Shown one piece after another: positions 59,075-64,000 of a stretch of 64,000 nt of DNA; positions within the stretch are counted from its first letter, which is position 1; the number at the start of each line of letters is the position of its first letter. The notes under the pieces are model-generated. The model did not search any database and was not told where the DNA came from. It saw only the letters and a list, made by a program, of their open reading frames with translations. The DNA is taken from assembly GCA_018380195.1 (NCBI GenBank), contig JAGZUC010000003.1, forward strand, positions 55,769 to 119,768. The letters are read 5' to 3'. The translations under genes were made by a program, and so were the position numbers. The DNA comes from Collinsella sp. (GTDB taxonomy: Bacteria > Actinomycetota > Coriobacteriia > Coriobacteriales > Coriobacteriaceae).

Positions 59075-59554
59075 TTAGTTGGTATGTCCGCCGCCCGCCG
59101 TCATCTGAGCCGCATGCTCCAGCTGATCTGTTATGGCCTCCCAGCTTTCGCGGGCGGCCTTCGTAGAACCGGGAAAGTTTACGACAAGTGTATGACCTCG
59201 TTGCATGCAAATAGCGCGCGAGAGCATGGCGCGGCGCGTCTTGGTCATGGAGTAGGCACGAATTGCCTCGGCAATACCCGGCACATCGCGGTCGCAGACG
59301 GAACGCGTCGCCTCGGGCGTTACATCGCGCATCGAAAGCCCCGTGCCGCCGCAGGTGAGCACGACATTGGCGTGGCACTCATCGGCGGCTTCCATAATGG
59401 CATCACCGATCTCGCTGACGTCGTCGCGCACGACCACATGTGAGGCGACCGTCCAGCCCTGTGCCTCGATAAGTTCCTCGAGTGCGGCTCCGGCCTCATC
59501 CTGCAAAAGATCGCGTGTGTCCGAGCACGTCACGATCGATATCTTCAGCTCCAT
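59075..59554 (-). CDS. mogA: molybdenum cofactor biosynthesis protein MogA/MoaB (molybdopterin adenylyltransferase)
   Basis: MoaB/MogA fold motifs (IVTCSDT...LTCGGTG). Start at MELKISIV with GGGGGAA upstream. The track ORF extends 43 codons further. Confidence 0.8.
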   Translation of the reverse strand: MELKISIVTCSDTRDLLQDEAGAALEELIEAQGWTVASHVVVRDDVSEIGDAIMEAADECHANVVLTCGGTGLSMRDVTPEATRSVCDRDVPGIAEAIRAYSMTKTRRAMLSRAICMQRGHTLVVNFPGSTKAARESWEAITDQLEHAAQMTAGGGHTN

Positions 59555-59564
59555 AGCATTCCCC

Positions 59565-60827
59565 CTACAACACGGCGCCCTCGGGCAGGTCGACGCGAAC
59601 AACGTCCACGGCATCTCCCGCCTTGAGCTCGCACGGTCCTTCGTCAATACGCAGCAGGCAGTTCGCACGCTGCATAGTTCCAAGCAGCGCCGAATTCTGT
59701 GTCTTAGCCTCGGTCACCAACAACTCACCGGTCTCGGGGTCGCGCAAAACCGTGGCGCGATCGAAGAAGCGGCGATGCTGTCGCTTTTTCACGCCGTGCG
59801 TGAGCGTCGCCTGCTGCACGGGACGCGCAACCTCGGCAAAACCGCGCATCTTGCGAATCGCCGGACGGGCAAGCATCTCAAAGCCCACATACGCCGCGGC
59901 CGGGTTGCCCGAAAGCCCCAGGTAGGGCTTACCCCCGAGCAAACCAAACGTGATGGCCTTGCCCGGACGCATCGAGATGCGGTCAAACAGCACCTCGCCC
60001 TCACGCCGGACGAGCGCCGTCACATAGTCGTAATCGCCCGCCGAGGCGCCACCGCTCGTAATGACAAAGTCGCACTCCTGCACGGCACGATGCACCAGCT
60101 CGGCGATCGCTTGCTCATCATCGGGCGCAATGCCGTAGAACACGGGCTCCGCGCCGGCATCGAGTGCTTCGGCCATCAACGCCGACGAGTTGGAATCGCG
60201 AATCTGCCCGCGCGCCGGCAGCTCACCCGGCGCGACCAGCTCCGTGCCCAGCGAGATAATGCCCACGCGCGGAGCGGCATGCACCTTCACGTTCGCATAC
60301 CCGGCGCTCGCCAGCAGGCCGGCGCCCGCCGGAGCCACAACCTCGCCGGCGCGCATCACGACGTCGCCGGCATGAGCTTCCTCAGCAGCCGAGCGAACGT
60401 TCTCCCCCACCTTGGCCGGCGCCGAGAACCTCACACGCGAGCCCTCGTTGCCGTCACCGTCGAGCACATCAACGATCTCATACTTCACCACGGCATCGGC
60501 ACCTTCGGGTACCGGCGCGCCCGTCATGATGCGGACCGTCTCGCCCGCGCCGATTGCGCCCTCAAACACATGGCCCGCGGCCTCGTGTCCGATAACGTCG
60601 AGCGTCACCGGCGCCTCGCCAGATGCCTGCGCCAAGTCCGCCGAGCGCACGGCATATCCGTCCATAGCGCTGTTGGCAAACGGCGAGATGTCGATATCGG
60701 CCACCGCGTCCTCGGCCAAGGGAAAACCAGCCGCCTGCCACACGGGAATCTCGATGAGATCCGTCGGAGCAACGTGCGACAAAACAATCGACTGCGCATC
60801 CTCCAACGGTATGAGTTTCTCTGCCAT
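59565..60827 (-). CDS. moeA: molybdopterin molybdotransferase
   Basis: MoeA domain pattern including the SGGASAGDYD motif. Start at MAEKLIPL with AGAGGTG upstream. Confidence 0.85.
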   Translation of the reverse strand: MAEKLIPLEDAQSIVLSHVAPTDLIEIPVWQAAGFPLAEDAVADIDISPFANSAMDGYAVRSADLAQASGEAPVTLDVIGHEAAGHVFEGAIGAGETVRIMTGAPVPEGADAVVKYEIVDVLDGDGNEGSRVRFSAPAKVGENVRSAAEEAHAGDVVMRAGEVVAPAGAGLLASAGYANVKVHAAPRVGIISLGTELVAPGELPARGQIRDSNSSALMAEALDAGAEPVFYGIAPDDEQAIAELVHRAVQECDFVITSGGASAGDYDYVTALVRREGEVLFDRISMRPGKAITFGLLGGKPYLGLSGNPAAAYVGFEMLARPAIRKMRGFAEVARPVQQATLTHGVKKRQHRRFFDRATVLRDPETGELLVTEAKTQNSALLGTMQRANCLLRIDEGPCELKAGDAVDVVRVDLPEGAVL

Positions 60828-61038
60828 ATGCACCTCTTAATGCCACGGCGCACAACAGGGGCGCCGATTCTTTATGCTTGTCTCAGTATAATCCCCCGAC
60901 GCACGACCGCGACTCGGCCTGTACCCGCAAATACACCTGTCGGTTGCAGGCCGCGAAACAGAATGGAAACCAACCCACCGGCTCGTCGCGTTTACCGCGT
61001 TTTATAATTGCTTGCGTTGCAACCTAAAAGAGGAACGT

Positions 61039-62460
61039 ATGGCTCATAACGACAAACCCGAAAGCGCAAACAAAGCGCAGGATCATTTCCAACCGCTCGA
61101 CGACGGCGGTTTTTTCTCCCTTAATGACGTCATCACGGCAGGCAGGCATCAACTTACCCGCTCCGAGCATCTCTTGGCTGCCGACACGCGCCGCAACGCC
61201 CGCAACCTACTAGCGAGCACTAAGTTGCTCGTACTCGTCGTCACCGTCTCGCTCGCCATGGGCGTTGCCGCTTGGGCGTTTTTGGCCTCATTAAATATCG
61301 CGACCGACTATCGCGAGCACCATGCGTGGATTTACGCGCTGCTTCCCGTTGTGGGCGTTGCCACCGCATGGGTGTACAAAAACCACGGTCTCGCCGCCAA
61401 GCGTGGCAACAACCTGGTCATCGACTCCGCTCTGGGCACACGCCTCATCCATATGCGCATGGCCATCCTCACCTTCGTCTGCTCCACGCTCACGCACCTC
61501 ACCGGCGGCTCGGCCGGTCGCGAGGGAGCTGCGGTGCAGATTGGCGGCACCATCGCCAGCAACATCTCGAGCCTCGCCCACCTCAAAAAGCATGACCACC
61601 ACGACCTCATGCTCGCCGGCATCTCGTCGGCCTTTGGCGCCGTGTTCGGCTCGCCCCTTGCCGGGGCTTTCTTTGGCATGGAGATGTGCTTCATCGGCAA
61701 GATCGACTACACCGCGGGCATCTACTGCCTGGTCGCTTCGTTTACCGGCTACTTTACGTCGCTTGCCTTGGGAACCGAGTACGAGGCGAATGTTATCGCC
61801 AGCGTTCCCAACATGACACCACGGACGGTTGTCATCGTTGTTATCAGTGCCATTATCTTCGGTCTGACGGCACGCCTCTTTGCCTGGTCAGTTCGAACCG
61901 TCAAGAGCCTGTACGGTCGCTTTATCACCAATTACCTCGTTCGCGCACTCATAGGCGCACTCGTGGTTTTGGCCGCCTATGCCCTCCTCGACGCCTGGGA
62001 CTACGCCGGCCTTTCCACGTGGCTTTCCGGCGCCGGATTTGCCGGCAACACCACCCTGGCGGACGCAGTCATCAAGTTGGTCGTCACAGCGCTCACCTTG
62101 GGCGCTGGCTTCCAAGGCGGCGAGGTCACGCCCCTGTTTGGCATCGGTGCGGCACTCGGTGGCTGGATAGGTTGCCTTACCGGGCTCGACCCCAGTTTTC
62201 TGGCGGCTCTCGGCATGCTCGGCGTGTTCTGCGCCGGCCTCAACGTGCCCATCACCACCTGCATGATGGCCATCGACCTGTTCCACGGCACGGCCGCCGG
62301 GTTCTTTGTCATCGTGGCCTTTATCAGCTACCTAACCGGCGGACACCGCGGCGTGTACCCCGCCCAGCGCATCATCTCACCCAAGCGCCGTTCGCTTATT
62401 GTGGATGAGGGCGGTACGGTAGCGGATGCCATCGAGCGCCACAACGACCTGATAGAGTAG
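61039..62460 (+). CDS. voltage-gated chloride channel (ClC) family protein
   Basis: ClC selectivity motifs GSAGREG, GAVFGSP and GFQGGEVTP. Start at MAHNDKP with AGAGGA upstream. Confidence 0.8.
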   Translation: MAHNDKPESANKAQDHFQPLDDGGFFSLNDVITAGRHQLTRSEHLLAADTRRNARNLLASTKLLVLVVTVSLAMGVAAWAFLASLNIATDYREHHAWIYALLPVVGVATAWVYKNHGLAAKRGNNLVIDSALGTRLIHMRMAILTFVCSTLTHLTGGSAGREGAAVQIGGTIASNISSLAHLKKHDHHDLMLAGISSAFGAVFGSPLAGAFFGMEMCFIGKIDYTAGIYCLVASFTGYFTSLALGTEYEANVIASVPNMTPRTVVIVVISAIIFGLTARLFAWSVRTVKSLYGRFITNYLVRALIGALVVLAAYALLDAWDYAGLSTWLSGAGFAGNTTLADAVIKLVVTALTLGAGFQGGEVTPLFGIGAALGGWIGCLTGLDPSFLAALGMLGVFCAGLNVPITTCMMAIDLFHGTAAGFFVIVAFISYLTGGHRGVYPAQRIISPKRRSLIVDEGGTVADAIERHNDLIE

Positions 62461-62547
62461 ACGTTAGTATTCGCCGTGCAGCCACAATCGGGGGCAATTC
62501 GACCTGAGCGCGACCGCACCGTCACGTCATACGCCGGGAGTCGCCCC

Positions 62548-63510
62548 ATGCATGCAACTGATTTTGCCCGCACGCTCATCATCGCCAACCCAGCCGCCCA
62601 GTCGGGTGCGGCGCGCGAAGTTGCCGAGCGCCTGCAACGCTTTTTGGATATGACCGCGCGCGCATCCCAGTTTGACCTGGTGCTGACCGAGCGCATGGGA
62701 CACGCCAAGGAGCTGGCCGCACAGGCTCAGGGCTATCGCACCGTTATCGCCCTTGGCGGCGACGGCGTGATTCACGAGGTCGTCAACGGGCTTATGACGC
62801 AAGAGGAGGGCACCCGCCCCGCCCTTGCCGTCCTGCCCGTGGGCTCCGGCAACGATTTTGCCCAAACGCTCGGCATCGACGATTTCTCCGGCAAGGATTT
62901 TGGCGCGCTGCTCACCTGCGAGCTGCAGCGTCAGGACATCGGGCGCATTCGCTCGTGGAGCCCTGCGAGCGGCAGCGGCGAGGCTACCGTTGAGTACTAC
63001 GACCAGACACTTTCGGTCGGCATCGATGCCGCCATCGGCCTGGGCACCACCAAGCTGCGCAAAAAGACGGGCTTGACGGGCGCTCCGCTCTACACTCTCT
63101 CGGGACTTGAGCAGTTTGGCCTACGCTATCGCAACTACCCCATGACCATCAGCTTTGATGGCGCGCCCGCCGAGCGCGTGCGGGCGATTATCATGGCCAT
63201 CCAGCTGGGACCCACCTATGGTTCGGGCTATCGCATCTGTCCCAACGCCGACCCGTGCGACGGCATACTCGACGTCTGCTACGCCTGCGGCCCCGTTCCG
63301 CGCGCGGTCGCGCTTCCCATGTTCCTTTCGGCCAAAGATGGCCACCATACCAAGCTGCCACCGGTTCGCATGCGCCGCTGTCGCCATGCCGAGCTTACCT
63401 TTGAGGAGCCCGACTACCCCATTCAGGCCGACGGCGAGCCCGTTGTCGCCTCGCGCATCGAGGTCGACATCCTCGCCGGCGCCCTCCACGTCTGGCACCC
63501 CACCCGCTAA
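62548..63510 (+). CDS. diacylglycerol kinase catalytic-domain lipid kinase (YegS/DgkA family)
   Basis: DAGKc motif ALGGDG...GSGNDF. Start at MHATDFAR with GGGAG upstream. Confidence 0.75.
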   Translation: MHATDFARTLIIANPAAQSGAAREVAERLQRFLDMTARASQFDLVLTERMGHAKELAAQAQGYRTVIALGGDGVIHEVVNGLMTQEEGTRPALAVLPVGSGNDFAQTLGIDDFSGKDFGALLTCELQRQDIGRIRSWSPASGSGEATVEYYDQTLSVGIDAAIGLGTTKLRKKTGLTGAPLYTLSGLEQFGLRYRNYPMTISFDGAPAERVRAIIMAIQLGPTYGSGYRICPNADPCDGILDVCYACGPVPRAVALPMFLSAKDGHHTKLPPVRMRRCRHAELTFEEPDYPIQADGEPVVASRIEVDILAGALHVWHPTR

Positions 63511-63576
63511 CCCCACCTAAGTTGCGGTGAAATAGGGACTGTTTATGCAGCAAAAGCCGCAAAACAGTCCCTATTT
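63510..63576. repeat. palindromic element copy 5
   Basis: Seen directly between the convergent lipid kinase (+) and arfB (-) genes. Flanked by CCCCACCTA. Confidence 0.9.
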
Positions 63577-63597
63577 CACCGCAACGTATTGAGAAGA

Positions 63598-63978
63598 TCA
63601 TTCGTCGCTGCCCAGTTTGCGACGGTTGGCCTTTTTGATAGCGTTGAAGTGCTTGTCGTTGAGCCTGCGCTGGCGCGATCGCTGAGGCACCTTGGTCTTT
63701 ACGCGTCGGCGCGGTGGACGCCCGCGACGCTCAAGCTCTGCCCTCAGCTTACGCAGACAGCAGCTGCGATTCTGAAACTGACTGCGGCTCTCACGCGCCG
63801 TCACGACAATCCCCGTGGGCCCATGCTTCATGCGCACCGCCGAGTCCGTCGTGTTCACGCCCTGTCCGCCCGGACCCGTCGCGCGAAACACCTGCACCTC
63901 GCAATCGCGTGCCAGCTCCTCGACCGACATCTCGGCATAGCGCGCATACTCGCGCCATCCCATCTTGTTCTCATCCAT
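63598..63978 (-). CDS. arfB: alternative ribosome-rescue factor / peptidyl-tRNA hydrolase ArfB family
   Basis: GGQ motif ([11 protein letters not shown]) and a basic C-terminal tail. Start at MDENKMG with GGGGAGG upstream. Confidence 0.75.
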   Translation of the reverse strand: MDENKMGWREYARYAEMSVEELARDCEVQVFRATGPGGQGVNTTDSAVRMKHGPTGIVVTARESRSQFQNRSCCLRKLRAELERRGRPPRRRVKTKVPQRSRQRRLNDKHFNAIKKANRRKLGSDE

Positions 63979-64000
63979 ATCAATACCTCCCCTCATACAA

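Overview
This is a 64 kb window of high-GC (~63-65%) bacterial chromosome. Genes are densely packed and about 85% lie on the minus strand. Ribosome-binding sites (GGAGG-type) are strong and many genes have overlapping stop/start codons. Gene content points to a strictly anaerobic, selenium-using, high-GC Gram-positive-type organism such as a Coriobacteriia-like actinobacterium; this is inference only.

The housekeeping core is thrS, valS-folC, clpP-clpX, tig, gdhA, an M24 aminopeptidase, brnQ, arfB and tRNA-Leu/Gly/Pro. The remaining loci are:
- Selenium: a selA-selB operon; a second operon of cysteine desulfurase, DUF3343, yedF and selD. selD contains an in-frame TGA (Sec) codon that the ORF track truncated.
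- Formate hydrogenlyase: a 16-gene operon of the hydrogenase-4 (Hyf) type. It runs ferredoxin, fdhF, hyfA-I, hycH, hycI, focA. fdhF is also interrupted by an in-frame TGA (Sec) and appears as two ORFs in the track.
- Molybdenum: a two-gene xanthine-dehydrogenase-family molybdoenzyme, a cytoplasmic DMSO-reductase-family oxidoreductase, mobA, mogA, moeA and modABC. The ModB permease carries an unusual ~250 aa secreted N-terminal extension.
- Others: a YjiL/YjiM-like activase with two dehydratase-like paralogs, one of them broken by an in-frame TAA. A glpA-like oxidoreductase trio with DUF1667. A RelB/PIN toxin-antitoxin pair with an AbiEi/DUF559 gene in a lower-GC islet next to tRNA genes.

Non-coding structure:
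- A five-copy family of ~67 bp perfect palindromic elements, each at a gene 3' end, with compensatory stem changes between copies.
- Two homologous ~100-115 bp nested palindromes flanking valS in inverted orientation.
- A tandem pair of diverged hairpin repeats upstream of the glpA-like operon.
- Several perfect short palindromes in the formate hydrogenlyase and modA regulatory regions.

No tRNA-Sec, CRISPR array, transposase or prophage genes were recognised. The many long opposite-strand ORFs in the track are high-GC artefacts.
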